Origin: an uncultured delta proteobacterium
GTDB lineage: Bacteria > Desulfobacterota > RBG-13-43-22
Assembly: GCA_963790475.1 (NCBI GenBank)
Contig: CAWBOS010000010.1
Span: 480,001-544,000 of the forward strand
DNA length: 64,000 bases
Reading direction: 5' to 3'
In this document: piece after piece, positions 1 through 9,584 of the stretch
Layout of the letters: each line of letters starts with the position of its first letter
Position numbering within the stretch: position 1 is the first letter of the stretch
Translations under genes and position numbers: made by a program
Notes under the pieces: generated by a model
Told to the model about the DNA's origin: nothing
The model's database searches: none
The model's input: the letters and a program-made list of their open reading frames with translations, nothing else

Positions 1-2
1 AA

Positions 3-854
3 AAACCCCTGACCCATTCCCAGGAAAGCAGCCTGGAGTTGATCAAGATAGCCGAAGAAAAGAAACGAATCCTGATGGTGGGCCACACCTTTGAATATAC
101 AGCCGCTGTAAACAAGATTAAAGAGATCATCGAAAGTGGGGAATTGGGGAAGATACTCTATGTTAGTTGTACCCATACAAACTTGGGACTCCTTCAAAAG
201 GATATCAATGTGGTTTGGGATCTTGCCCCCCACGATATATCCATCATTCTTTATGTCCTGGGCGAATTTCCGGTTTCGGTCAACTGCCAAGGGAAAGCGC
301 ATTATAAATCTGATATTGAAGATGTGGCGATCACCTCGCTCAACTTCAATAATGGCTTAATAGCCTTTATACATAACAGTTGGCTTGATCCGAAAAAAAT
401 CCGGGAGACAACAATTGTCGGAACAAGGAAGATGTTGGTTTACGATGACATGAAATTGCAGGAAAAGATAAAGATATATGACAAGGGGTTGGAAATACCC
501 CCTTATTATGATACCTTTGCTGAGTTCCATTTCGCCTACCGGTCAGGAGATACTTATAGCCCAAGAATTGACGAATATGAACCCCTCAGGAAACAGTGTG
601 ATACCTTTTTGGAATGTATAAAAGAAGAGATTCATCCTCCATCCGACGGAAATGACGGATTGAGGGTGGTAGCCATCCTGGAAGCATCCTCCAACTCATT
701 AAAGCAAGCGGGTAAGGAGGTGCCCTTGCGACTGCCCAAAGAAAAAAAAGCCATCCAGACAAATGGAAATGGATACCCTGTTTTTTTAAGGGTCCCCCTA
801 GAGAATAAGATATTGACCCCGTTAAGGGCGCTGGGAAAAAAGAGGGTTGCTTAG
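3..854 (+). CDS. Gfo/Idh/MocA family oxidoreductase, 5' end outside the window
   Basis: Frame is open back to the window edge (KPLTHSQESSLELIKI). It contains the family motifs LMVGHTF and VVWDLAPHDISI, typical of nucleotide-sugar dehydrogenases in polysaccharide loci. Confidence 0.85.
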   Translation, partial: KPLTHSQESSLELIKIAEEKKRILMVGHTFEYTAAVNKIKEIIESGELGKILYVSCTHTNLGLLQKDINVVWDLAPHDISIILYVLGEFPVSVNCQGKAHYKSDIEDVAITSLNFNNGLIAFIHNSWLDPKKIRETTIVGTRKMLVYDDMKLQEKIKIYDKGLEIPPYYDTFAEFHFAYRSGDTYSPRIDEYEPLRKQCDTFLECIKEEIHPPSDGNDGLRVVAILEASSNSLKQAGKEVPLRLPKEKKAIQTNGNGYPVFLRVPLENKILTPLRALGKKRVA

Positions 855-1315
855 CCGAAGTTTTCTTCTATAACACTAAATATGAAATTGGTGAAAACAT
901 AAAGGCATATGATTTTATGGATCTTTTTGGTTTAAAAATTGGAGGCGGACAAAAAAGCTTTTATTAAAAGAAGCAGAGAAGAGAGGGTCTGCTCTTTTTA
1001 AGGTTTAATATCTATTAACCAGATTGAGAGAAATCAGAAATGATCTCATATGAATTTTACAGGAGTAACCCGGTAACAAAAATAGAAGAGTTGCTTGGAG
1101 TTCTGGAGGAAAGAAGAAAAGAATCCTTCCAGAATTACCCGGGAATCAGTCATGGGTTGGGCAGAAAAAGTTTTTGGTCAAGATGTAGGTGTTAAAGACA
1201 TTTATTTTATTCCAGTAAATATTAATAAATAGACAAGAAATACTTGAGACCCACTCCGTTCTTCCTTACAAGCACGAGGTTAAAACGTAAATCAATATCT
1301 GGTAAGCTGGACGAA

Positions 1316-1343
1316 AGTAGGGTCAGAAATGGCCCTGCTTTTT
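1316..1343 (+). terminator. Intrinsic terminator-like hairpin
   Basis: AGTAGGGTCA-GAAA-TGGCCCTGCT: 10-bp stem with two G-T pairs and a GAAA tetraloop, followed by a T run. Confidence 0.6.
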
Positions 1344-1770
1344 CTATGCCCCTTCAAACGATAATCGTTAAATCTCCGAACCATTCCAGAACAAGACTTG
1401 TAGGTGTAATTTAAGTATTGCTTATGCTTAATAAATTCGAAATTAAATGAACAACCTTCTGGAGGGAATGGCCCAGATATTGGGCTCGGTCGGAACGGGG
1501 TCGGGCCATGTTAACTGACTGATATAATATAATATGAAATCAAGTTAGGCCTTTAAAATGGGTCTATATTGAGCTTTTTATGGGCAAAAAGAGCAATATA
1601 GAAAACTAATGGCTGTGGATTGAGGGATACTTGAATGCCGGGAAACAAACCCGGGAAGATGAATGGACGGGAAGCATTACTGTCGGAAGTAAAATACTTT
1701 ACTTGGCTGGTCCCCAATTCCATCATCGTTAGGAGTGTGAAAGCGATTATATTTGGCAGGAGGAAATGAT

Positions 1771-2358
1771 ATGAGTCTGAATAACGAAGTCCTAAACTGC
1801 ATTCATGAACGAAGGAGTACGCGTCGATTTACTGACCAACAAATATCATCTGAACAACTGGATGCTCTGCTTGATGCCGCAATATGGGCGCCTAGCGGCG
1901 GCAACAATCAAAGTTGGTTGTTTACGGCTATTCAGAAAAAAGATGTGCTTCTCCATTTAAATGAGCTTGTTCGTGAAGGATTTCAACATTGGATTCCCGA
2001 TGACGATTACCCCGGAAAGCTAGGTATGAAGAAGCTTTCACAAAAGAAAGGCTATAACTTCTATCACAAAGCACCAACGCTCATTATTGCCTCCAATAAA
2101 CCGAATTACGAAAATGCAATGGCAGATTGCGCCCTGGCGCTCCAGAATATTTTCCTTGCGGCTCAGTCTCTGGGGTTGGGAAGTTGTTATATCAACCAAC
2201 TTCATTGGCTTCGGGATGATCCGCCTGTCCGCGCGTATCTGCTTGAATTGGGCATCCCAAAGGAGCATACGATCTGCTCTTCCGCGGCTATCGGTTTTAT
2301 AGGTAAGGAATCGACCGCGCCTATTCGTAAAGAAGGCACGATACACATTATTCGATAA
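1771..2358 (+). CDS. Nitroreductase family protein
   Basis: Motifs RRSTRRF, APSGGNNQSWLF and NIFLAAQSLGLGSC. AGGAGG lies upstream of the ATG at 1771, preferred over the TTG at 1753. Confidence 0.92.
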   Translation: MSLNNEVLNCIHERRSTRRFTDQQISSEQLDALLDAAIWAPSGGNNQSWLFTAIQKKDVLLHLNELVREGFQHWIPDDDYPGKLGMKKLSQKKGYNFYHKAPTLIIASNKPNYENAMADCALALQNIFLAAQSLGLGSCYINQLHWLRDDPPVRAYLLELGIPKEHTICSSAAIGFIGKESTAPIRKEGTIHIIR

Positions 2359-2591
2359 AGTAAAGTCGTATCGGAATGGTGAGAAAAAAAAGAGCTCTCT
2401 TTCAATCGGAAATCATCAACTTTTTGTTCAGACTAATCCCCACATTTGTAGGTGTAAGGGGTTAATTGGGAGGAGAAGGCGATTTTTATTGTAATTTAGA
2501 GGGGTTCTTCCTGAACTCCAAAACCTCCATTATGAAAAAAATGCAAGTGTTTAAAACATAATTCTATTTGCCTCCCTTTTTTGTTCTAATG

Positions 2592-3998
2592 TTACCATTT
2601 TGGTTTCTGTTGAAAACTCTGATCCGCTCCATAAGTGGTTCCTGCACTGTTGGTGGCCACTAGACGGTAATGATAAACGGTATAAAATCTCAGTCCGGTT
2701 ATCCTGGCCGAAGCAGCAACATAGCCGGTGCCACTGCCGGCTGAGGTAACCACTGTGGCAAACCCGTAGGAAGTGGTCCGCCCCCACTGAAAGATATAGG
2801 TCGTTGATAAGCCGTTGGGATTAACCGTTCCATTCAAAGTGGCGGAATTAAAAATCACAGACGAGGCCGCGCCGGTATTGGCCACCGGTGCCTTTGTGCT
2901 AATCGCAGAGAAGGTTGCTGTCACATTGAGATTCGAGTTCATTGTTACCCGGCAGGTGGACAATGTTCCAGAACAGGCCCCTGACCACCCTCCAAAAGCA
3001 GAGTTGGCATCAGGAATAGCTGTTAAGGTGACTCCCGTACCAGAAGCGAAAGTGGTCCCTACCGGATTAGTGGAGACATTGCCATTACCTGTCCCATTTT
3101 TGCTAACAGTGACGGTATAAGTTGCTGAGGAAATAAGCGAAAAAGAAGCTGCTATGGTGTGATTGGCGCCTACGGAAGAAAAGGTGTAGGAAGTAATCGA
3201 TCCTTTTGAGACACCGTCCACATTCACATTGGCAACCTTGTAACCGGAATTGGGGGTAATAGTGAATGTCTGTCCGCCCCCTGCCGGAACAGAAACCTGT
3301 CCGGAAGGGGAAATAGTCCCGCCAGATCCGGCCGAAGAAGTGATAATGTAAGCGGCCGAACCGTTTTCACTCACCGTAAACACATTCCCGGCGACAGTCA
3401 GACTGTCTGAGCGGGTAATGCCGGTGTTGGGAGAAACCGTATACCTCATTGTTCCACTTCCAATACCGGACCCCGAATTAATCGTTATCCAGGAGGCAGA
3501 AGCCGAAGTCCCCCAATTACAACCAGCCTGAGTAGTGATGGACACACTTCCCGACCCACCGGAGGTGGGAAAAGAGGCACTTGAAGGGGATATGGCGAAG
3601 GTGCAGGAAGGGACTGTATAAATTACCTCATTGGAGAACCCGCTCTCTAACCCCTGGGCATTATAAGCAGTAGCCGCAATATAGTAAGTCGGTCCCGAAG
3701 TCAGGCCATTTAAAATGTAGGTGGTTACGTTACCCACATCTATTTTATTCTGGTAGTTTCCTGATTGCGTCCCGGAATAGATCTTATAACCGGCCAAGTC
3801 CGATTCGCTGTTGGGATCCCAAGTGAGTGTGACCTGGGCACAATGACCTGGCGGGCCAAGATTAGAAAAAAGTATGGTCAGGACTAAGAAAGAAAGAAAT
3901 TTGGGGGAAAAAATAGCGCCAAGCGATTTGGAACAGCCAGAGAAATTCTTTTTCAAAAGTTTGAGACTATCATTCCTAAATACGGCAAAAAAAGACAT
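2592..3998 (-). CDS. Secreted/surface Ser-Thr-Gly-rich multi-domain protein (fibronectin type III, BACON-like and InlB B-repeat-like beta-sandwich modules)
   Basis: Hydrophobic signal-like segment before QVTLTWDPN. FN3 pattern (LAGYKIY..DVGNVTTY..TYYIAATAYN..FSNEV); BACON-like CTFAISPSS..CNW..SWITI; repeats GGTISPSG..TFTITPNSGY and VTLTAIPD..FGGWSGAC; C-terminal SATLNGTVNPNG module. Confidence 0.8.
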   Translation of the reverse strand: MSFFAVFRNDSLKLLKKNFSGCSKSLGAIFSPKFLSFLVLTILFSNLGPPGHCAQVTLTWDPNSESDLAGYKIYSGTQSGNYQNKIDVGNVTTYILNGLTSGPTYYIAATAYNAQGLESGFSNEVIYTVPSCTFAISPSSASFPTSGGSGSVSITTQAGCNWGTSASASWITINSGSGIGSGTMRYTVSPNTGITRSDSLTVAGNVFTVSENGSAAYIITSSAGSGGTISPSGQVSVPAGGGQTFTITPNSGYKVANVNVDGVSKGSITSYTFSSVGANHTIAASFSLISSATYTVTVSKNGTGNGNVSTNPVGTTFASGTGVTLTAIPDANSAFGGWSGACSGTLSTCRVTMNSNLNVTATFSAISTKAPVANTGAASSVIFNSATLNGTVNPNGLSTTYIFQWGRTTSYGFATVVTSAGSGTGYVAASARITGLRFYTVYHYRLVATNSAGTTYGADQSFQQKPKW

Positions 3999-4702
3999 AA
4001 CATCTTTTCGTTACGCAAATACTATACCAGATTTTATTAATTGTAAATCTCATTGAAATAATAGGAATTAATTTAAAATAAAAAAAAATAAAAGGAACAA
4101 ATAACACTTTTTATCTACAGGAATGGATAAAATTTGAGGGAAAAATCATACATATTAATGGGTAGGCCAACCATTTCTTCCATCTATCTGTAATTTTCAA
4201 TTTTTAGTCCAGCTCCCAAGCAACATTTGTAGGTGAAGTCAATAAACCACTCCGTCTCAGGCAGCAAGGAATAGCTCCTAATAAACTAATACCGTTACTG
4301 TCATTTGATCCGGAATGGCATGTCTATCCGATAGGGACTCCCTTCTCGGCGTACTTGAATAACTACCCCGTCCCCCACTTAAACAGCTCACTCAAAAAAA
4401 ACCCTATTCATACTCCTAGAGCGATGATCTTGGGGATCATGGATGGACTGGGTGCTGGAATAAGAATTCAAACTATTTACCATTCGAATTTTTATTTTGG
4501 TTTCCGTTTTCAAGGGGAGAACAAGTCGAGGGGTCTTAAAATCCATGGCGTTCTAAGTTTCGAAAACGGGCTTTGGGGGTATTTTTTAAAATGCGGACAG
4601 AGTGCGGACAAAATGCAAAAAATAGCAAAAAACTTGATGAAAAAGAAAAAGGACTTAAAGCCTGTATGTGCCATAAGCCCTTTCATTTTATACTATTTTA
4701 AC

Positions 4703-4779
4703 TGGTGCCCCCGGCGAGACTTGAACTCACGGCCTACAGATTAGGAATCTGCCGCTCTATCCACCTGAGCTACGGGGGC
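4703..4779 (-). tRNA. tRNA-Arg (anticodon CCT)
   Basis: Reverse complement GCCCCCGTAGCTCAGGTGGATAGAGCGGCAGATTCCTAATCTGTAGGCCGTGAGTTCAAGTCTCGCCGGGGGCACCA folds as a cloverleaf. Anticodon loop TTCCTAA; CCA encoded. Confidence 0.97.
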
Positions 4780-4825
4780 ATGGTTTACCTATAATAGATT
4801 TGGGGGGAGAACTCAATAAGAAAGT

Positions 4826-4919
4826 AGAATCCAGGAGTCAGAATCCAGAATCCAGAATAACCCCTCAACCCTTTACTGCTGTTTCTCATTCTGAATTCTG
4901 GCTTCTGGATTCCAGAATT
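4826..4919. repeat. Inverted pair of 7-bp tandem repeat arrays (family C, copy 1)
   Basis: AGAATCC AGGAGTC AGAATCC AGAATCC AGAAT (4826-4858) faces ATTCT GAATTCT GGCTTCT GGATTCC (4888-4913). Confidence 0.8.
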
Positions 4920-5812
4920 TAAGAGAGACTTTTCAAATACCCTACAAACCCATTGATACTGTTAGCCATAAAAAAACGTTCTCGTTGTTGAGACAAGGCA
5001 TCCATTTGATGAAAGCAGGCCAGCAGGGGGTCTTTTTCCAAGAGGAGTTCCGTCGCCCGTTCAATCACATCCTCGGACCCGGACTGAAGGACCTCGGCAA
5101 TCAATTCCTTCCACAGAAAAAGTTGCTCTCGATATAATCTCAGCATTTTTTGGCTGTTTGGATGGCTGCCGGCGTGGCCATAATAGATGACTTGGTCTTC
5201 CAAAGCCAGCATTTTATCCACACTGGCCACGGTTTGGTCCAAGAAAAATCGGGGCGGGGTAGGGGGGCGAAGATATATTTTTTCTCCGAAAGACAGATAA
5301 ACGCCGGCCGATTCACCGCAAAATAAATAATCCTGATAACAAAAACTCAGATGAAAGGGGGCGTGACCCGGGGTTTCCAGGATAGTCAATGCCTCCAAAG
5401 TGATATCGTCCAGTGAAAAAAGGCATCCCGGTGGGACCGGGTCTATGGGGCCATAGGCCAGGGCTTTCTCTCCCAACGTGGCCAGGCTTCCTTCCCATAG
5501 TCGAGTGGGATCAATCAAATGAGGAATTCCCTTGGTTGGGGCAATTACCTTTGCCGTAGGAAATCGTTTCAGGAAAGGGGCCAGACCGCCGGCGTGATCG
5601 ATATGAATATGGGTCAGCCAGACCTGGTCCACCTGCCGTATTCCCCTTTGATCTAATTGAGTGATCAACCAATTGATGGAGGCCCTTGGTCCCACATCGA
5701 CGACAATGGTCGGATTCCCCTGAATCACCCAGGAGCCGATAAATTTTTCCCACCCGGGAATTTTCTGGGGAAGTTCTATAAAAAAAGGGGGAGATGAAAT
5801 AGAATTGGTCAT
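4919..5812 (-). CDS. MBL-fold metallo-hydrolase
   Basis: Motifs THIHIDHAGG, ETPGHAPFH and YGHAG. Start set at MTNSISS because the longer ORF-track N-terminus runs into a repeat. Confidence 0.9.
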   Translation of the reverse strand: MTNSISSPPFFIELPQKIPGWEKFIGSWVIQGNPTIVVDVGPRASINWLITQLDQRGIRQVDQVWLTHIHIDHAGGLAPFLKRFPTAKVIAPTKGIPHLIDPTRLWEGSLATLGEKALAYGPIDPVPPGCLFSLDDITLEALTILETPGHAPFHLSFCYQDYLFCGESAGVYLSFGEKIYLRPPTPPRFFLDQTVASVDKMLALEDQVIYYGHAGSHPNSQKMLRLYREQLFLWKELIAEVLQSGSEDVIERATELLLEKDPLLACFHQMDALSQQRERFFMANSINGFVGYLKSLS

Positions 5813-5849
5813 AATTGCCAAACCTTCAAAAATCAGCCAAGAGTTTTTG

Positions 5850-5966
5850 TTCACCGCAAAGCCGCAAAGAACGCAGAGGGAATTATTTTTGTTCAATCCC
5901 GTGAGAGGCGGGATTGAATAAAATCACTTCTTTGCGTTCTCTGCGGCTTTGCTCCTTTGCAGGGAA
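5850..5966. repeat. Family A structured repeat, copy A1 (short single-hairpin form)
   Basis: TCACCGCAAAGCCGCAAAGAACGCAGAG, then hairpin TTCAATCCCG-TGAGAGG-CGGGATTGAA, then CTTTGCGTTCTCTGCGGCTTTGC. Confidence 0.85.
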
Positions 5967-6004
5967 AACAGTTATTTCAAGAAACTAAATTCGAACCAAA
6001 TTGA

Positions 6005-6652
6005 TTATTCCTTAGTTTTCGATAATAATCGCCAACCGGTCAGATTAATAAGGGACCAAAGGACATCCAAGGGAAGATGCCGGTAAACACTGCGGTCGAA
6101 ATTGATGGTGATCTGAGCAGGAAACTCCTCATCGGCAGTGTAAAGAATATATTCGACCGGAATACGGGGAAGGAGCAGGAGCTCGAATGAGGCATCTCCT
6201 CTTCCGGTTTTCCGACCGCCGAGATTAAGACCGGCTTGAAGAAAACCTTCAGGGTCTTTTTCGAAGGCTTTTTCCAAAGGTTCTTTAAAAAGCGCATGGG
6301 GCCCCCGAAAAAACAATTCCCCGCCGGGAATCTCTCTTTCGTTAATCTTCTGGCCTTCAACCGCTTTATCCTGGGCTTTCATTAGATACATCAGGAGAAC
6401 CAGGTATTCCTGGAAACTCAGATTTTTCTCAGGGGCATCCTTTCTCCAGATATGTTGCATGTCCGGGCGGCAAAAATAAATCCGATTCCAAAAAGGTATT
6501 CGGTATCCTTCTTCGAATTGAAAGGTGACTAAGGCCCTTTGACTGACATCCTCGGGATCCATGGCTCGTAGATCCTGCCAGTAGTGAATAGGGATGTGAC
6601 TGCTGTCCCGGAACGTAGAAGTCGTGTTGGGATCAATAGAGGGCATAGACAT
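6005..6652 (-). CDS. DUF3786 domain-containing protein
   Basis: Pattern REIPGGELFFRGPH..GDASFELLLLPRIPV..LY.ADEEFPA...INFD is characteristic of this family. Confidence 0.8.
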   Translation of the reverse strand: MSMPSIDPNTTSTFRDSSHIPIHYWQDLRAMDPEDVSQRALVTFQFEEGYRIPFWNRIYFCRPDMQHIWRKDAPEKNLSFQEYLVLLMYLMKAQDKAVEGQKINEREIPGGELFFRGPHALFKEPLEKAFEKDPEGFLQAGLNLGGRKTGRGDASFELLLLPRIPVEYILYTADEEFPAQITINFDRSVYRHLPLDVLWSLINLTGWRLLSKTKE

Positions 6653-8461
6653 TTATTTAGGCAGGGTTTTCCGGTAGAACTCGATATATTTGACCAGTTC
6701 CCGTTTCAAGTCTTTTCGTTCGGTTACCTGATGAATGCCACGGATGTCAAAAAAATAATCCAGATGCTGATAAATCAGACCCGATAACTGCTGGAGGGAA
6801 TTGGACCGAACCAGGCCTTCATCCACTTCAAACCCCCTGGAGGCCATGACCCGTGGTCCGGTGAAAATAACCAGGGCGTTGGGTTCAGCCAGAATAATAT
6901 CTCCCAAAGAGGCATAACTGGCAATAGCCCCGCCGGTGGAAGGGTCTCCCAAAATCGAAATAAAAGGCAGACCCTGTTTTTTCAAGCGATTTATCGAAGC
7001 AATGGTTTTGACCATCTGCATCAAGGCCAGGATCCCTTCGTACAAATTGGCCCCACCGGAACAGCAAAGACTAATGAAAGGGTATTTTTTTTCAATAGCC
7101 AGATCTATGGCCCTTTTGAACTTTTCCCCAAAGGCCACCCCCATCGAACCGCCGCCGAAATAAAATTCAGAAATGGCCAGCATGACCGGTTGACCGAAAA
7201 TCAAAGCCTCACCAGTGACCAGGGAGTCATTGAAATGAGAACGTTGTTTATCCAGAAAATCCCGGTAATACTGGGTGATCGTTTGATTGTCCAGAAGACT
7301 TTCCGCCGTTAAATTCCGGTTGATCTCAAAGAAGCTGTCCGGATCTGAGAGGCATTCAATCCAGCCTCCGGCATCGAGGATGTTCTGCCGGTTACAATAA
7401 GGGCAGACCTGATAATTTTTTAAATAGTCCTCCAGTTTTATTAAGCGGCCGCAGCCTCCGGAAGATTTAGCACTTCGCTCCTGGCCGCAGCGGATATACT
7501 CCTGGTTAAGTTCTAACGGTTCAATGCCGGCATAGTCATCGGGAATTTGGGTGGGGCTGTGATAGGTGACCACCTGGATATCGGGCGGCACCTTGTAAAA
7601 AAATTTTTTGATTGGTTTTTCCAGGAGCTGCCTCAGTTCATGAAGCTTGCCGTGATGCCGGGGCAATCCATAAGCCAAGGCCCTTTTTTCCCGGTGTTCC
7701 AGAAGTCTTTTAACCTTGGTTCGGAAAAGATCCCGGATAGATCTTTGAAGGTAATGCTCAATAGGGGTGACAAATCCTTTCAGGTCTTTAATATCTTCCG
7801 GTACGGGAAGGACCTGATCGATCACTCCTATTTTTTTAAGATCCTGGGCGGTTGGTTTGGAGATCAGCAAAGCCTCCCGGATTCGGGAATCGTCCCGAAA
7901 AATAATGGAAGCCATGGATTCGGGAGGGGCCGTAGCATATAAGGCGTCTTCCAGTTGGGCCCTCCGGTCGGTAACCTGGAGGGCCAACGCCCCTCCGCTT
8001 CCCCCTTCGCCGATGACTATGGATATCGTCCGGATAGGGATGGTGAGGAACTCGTAGATCAAATGACTGATAAAATAGGCCTGAAACCGTCGGGCTGAGG
8101 TCATGGAGATGTCGGCCCCATAAGTGTCAATCAAACAAAGAATAATCAGCTCGTTGGGATCCATGGATCGGGCCTGTTTCAATATCCCCAGGATTTGGGA
8201 GTGTTCATCGGCAGACAACATACCCAGATTGAGTTTTTTGGCATTTTCGGAGTTTCGTAATTTTTCCAGACTCGGTTTTTCCTGACCGATGACCAGGACC
8301 CTCTTGTCCAGATATTTAGCCTCGCCGCAGATTAAGGATTCTCCGCTCGGAGAAAAAGGTTTGAAATGGGTAAAGAGGTTTTGAATCAGATGGGAAGATC
8401 TCGGGCGAAAGGGATTGCGCGTTCGACGTTTAAAAATTTCGACAATATCTTCTTCTTTCAT
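6653..8461 (-). CDS. accA/accD: Acetyl-CoA carboxylase carboxyltransferase, fused alpha (N-terminal) and beta (C-terminal) subunits
   Basis: N-half is AccA-like (LIDTYGA, IVIGEGGSGGALAL, PESMASII). C-half is AccD-like (Cys finger C..C..CPYC, GGSMG..FGEK, SGGA..EG..ALMQM, DPSTGGAIASYASLGDIILAEP, FTGPRV). Confidence 0.88.
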   Translation of the reverse strand: MKEEDIVEIFKRRTRNPFRPRSSHLIQNLFTHFKPFSPSGESLICGEAKYLDKRVLVIGQEKPSLEKLRNSENAKKLNLGMLSADEHSQILGILKQARSMDPNELIILCLIDTYGADISMTSARRFQAYFISHLIYEFLTIPIRTISIVIGEGGSGGALALQVTDRRAQLEDALYATAPPESMASIIFRDDSRIREALLISKPTAQDLKKIGVIDQVLPVPEDIKDLKGFVTPIEHYLQRSIRDLFRTKVKRLLEHREKRALAYGLPRHHGKLHELRQLLEKPIKKFFYKVPPDIQVVTYHSPTQIPDDYAGIEPLELNQEYIRCGQERSAKSSGGCGRLIKLEDYLKNYQVCPYCNRQNILDAGGWIECLSDPDSFFEINRNLTAESLLDNQTITQYYRDFLDKQRSHFNDSLVTGEALIFGQPVMLAISEFYFGGGSMGVAFGEKFKRAIDLAIEKKYPFISLCCSGGANLYEGILALMQMVKTIASINRLKKQGLPFISILGDPSTGGAIASYASLGDIILAEPNALVIFTGPRVMASRGFEVDEGLVRSNSLQQLSGLIYQHLDYFFDIRGIHQVTERKDLKRELVKYIEFYRKTLPK

Positions 8462-8618
8462 GAATAGTCCTCTGAGAATCGGCCTTGAGCGGTGCCCGAC
8501 CGGCTTTGCATAAATAGCCTGAAAACATTCGGTTCTTCAGACGAGAGCAGGGATCCAGACGTCGTCCCGACGAAAGACGGATCAGGTCCGGGGGAGGCGT
8601 CTGGAACCGGTTCCTTTT

Positions 8619-8645
8619 CTAGATTCCCGTTTCCAAGGGAATGAC
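8619..8645. repeat. Family B (GTCA/CGTC-type) palindrome, single degenerate half (B1)
   Basis: CTAGATTCCCGTTTCCAAGGGAATGAC matches the right half CTGGATTCC..GGAATGAC of the other family B copies. Confidence 0.6.
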
Positions 8646-8763
8646 ATACACGGGGCACTTTATTTTCAGCTAATGGGCAAGGATTTTTTTAAAGAAAGAT
8701 TGTTACAAAATTACCTGAATAAGTCAAGGATAAAGGATTCCAGCCGATAATTATAAAATTTCC

Positions 8764-8792
8764 TTGCAAGATTTATTTCTTCTGAATATAAT
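8764..8792 (+). promoter_or_regulatory. Sigma-70 promoter of tRNA-His
   Basis: TTGCAA-17 bp-TATAAT ending 11 bp before the tRNA. Confidence 0.75.
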
Positions 8793-8803
8793 CGGAGTTT
8801 CAT

Positions 8804-8882
8804 GGTGAGTGTAGCTCAGTTTGGTTAGAGCACCAGGTTGTGGCCCTGGGGGTCGAGGGTTCGAGTCCCTTCACTCACCCCA
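8804..8882 (+). tRNA. tRNA-His (anticodon GTG), with G-1
   Basis: G-GTGAGTG TAGCTCAGTTTGGTTAGAGC A CCAGG TTGTGGC CCTGG GGGTC GAGGG TTCGAGT CCCTT CACTCAC C CCA. Confidence 0.97.
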
Positions 8883-8921
8883 TTGTTTTTCCACTGATCC
8901 GGATTCAAAGGAAATTGCCAT

Positions 8922-9584
8922 TTGAGACTGTCATTGAGAGTCTTCGCAAAAATCGCTTGTTTATTGTGCGTTGTCCTGACCCTGTATGCCTGCTCCTCGC
9001 ATAGTTCCGATTCAGGTGGTGGCGGTTATTCATCGGATTATCAATTCCTTTATGACCACAATGCCAAAGAATTGAATGGGTACACAGTGCGTTGGGCATC
9101 AAACACCATAAAAGTCTATACCGGGGGAATTTCAGGGGCGGAGTCAGACATTAATCATTGGGCAGGGCCGGTGAATTTTCAATTCGTCGGAAGTCCTCCT
9201 TCGGACGGGATTTCCTTCAGTACCGTCAGTTCAAGCGGTTACTGCGGGGTAACAAATACTTTTTATTACAATTCCGGCAGGCTCTATCAAGCACAAGTAA
9301 GGATTGATTCCAATCAGATTTTTTGCCGCGGGGGTCTTGATAATTCGGTCACCCATGAAATGGGACATGCCCTCGGTTTTTTTGGCCATACTTCCAATGG
9401 AGGGCTTATGGATCCTGACGGAGGAAATGGGAATATTACTTCGCAGGTGAGAAGATTCATGAACCTTCTTTATAGTAACCCTTACGGTACGGATATCACC
9501 CCTTATCTTTCTTTGAAACCCAAGGCGCTTGGCAGGCTCTACCAACCAAACGGCACCCAAACCATAGAAAGGGTTGATTATTGA
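8922..9584 (+). CDS. Lipoprotein zinc metalloprotease, metzincin/matrixin-like
   Basis: Lipobox-like LYA-C after a hydrophobic stretch; HEMGHALGFFGH (HExxHxxGxxH) followed by Met-turn GLM. Confidence 0.85.
   Translation: MRLSLRVFAKIACLLCVVLTLYACSSHSSDSGGGGYSSDYQFLYDHNAKELNGYTVRWASNTIKVYTGGISGAESDINHWAGPVNFQFVGSPPSDGISFSTVSSSGYCGVTNTFYYNSGRLYQAQVRIDSNQIFCRGGLDNSVTHEMGHALGFFGHTSNGGLMDPDGGNGNITSQVRRFMNLLYSNPYGTDITPYLSLKPKALGRLYQPNGTQTIERVDY

Noticed and set aside
1487-1506. Minus-strand CGTTCCGACC resembling a tRNA-Pro 3' end (possible att remnant)
   Set aside because: The match is too short, lacks CCA and a T-arm, and no parent tRNA is in the window.
4355-4744. 129-aa ORF on the plus strand
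   Set aside because: It runs antisense into the tRNA-Arg gene and across the att-like flank, with no recognisable motif.
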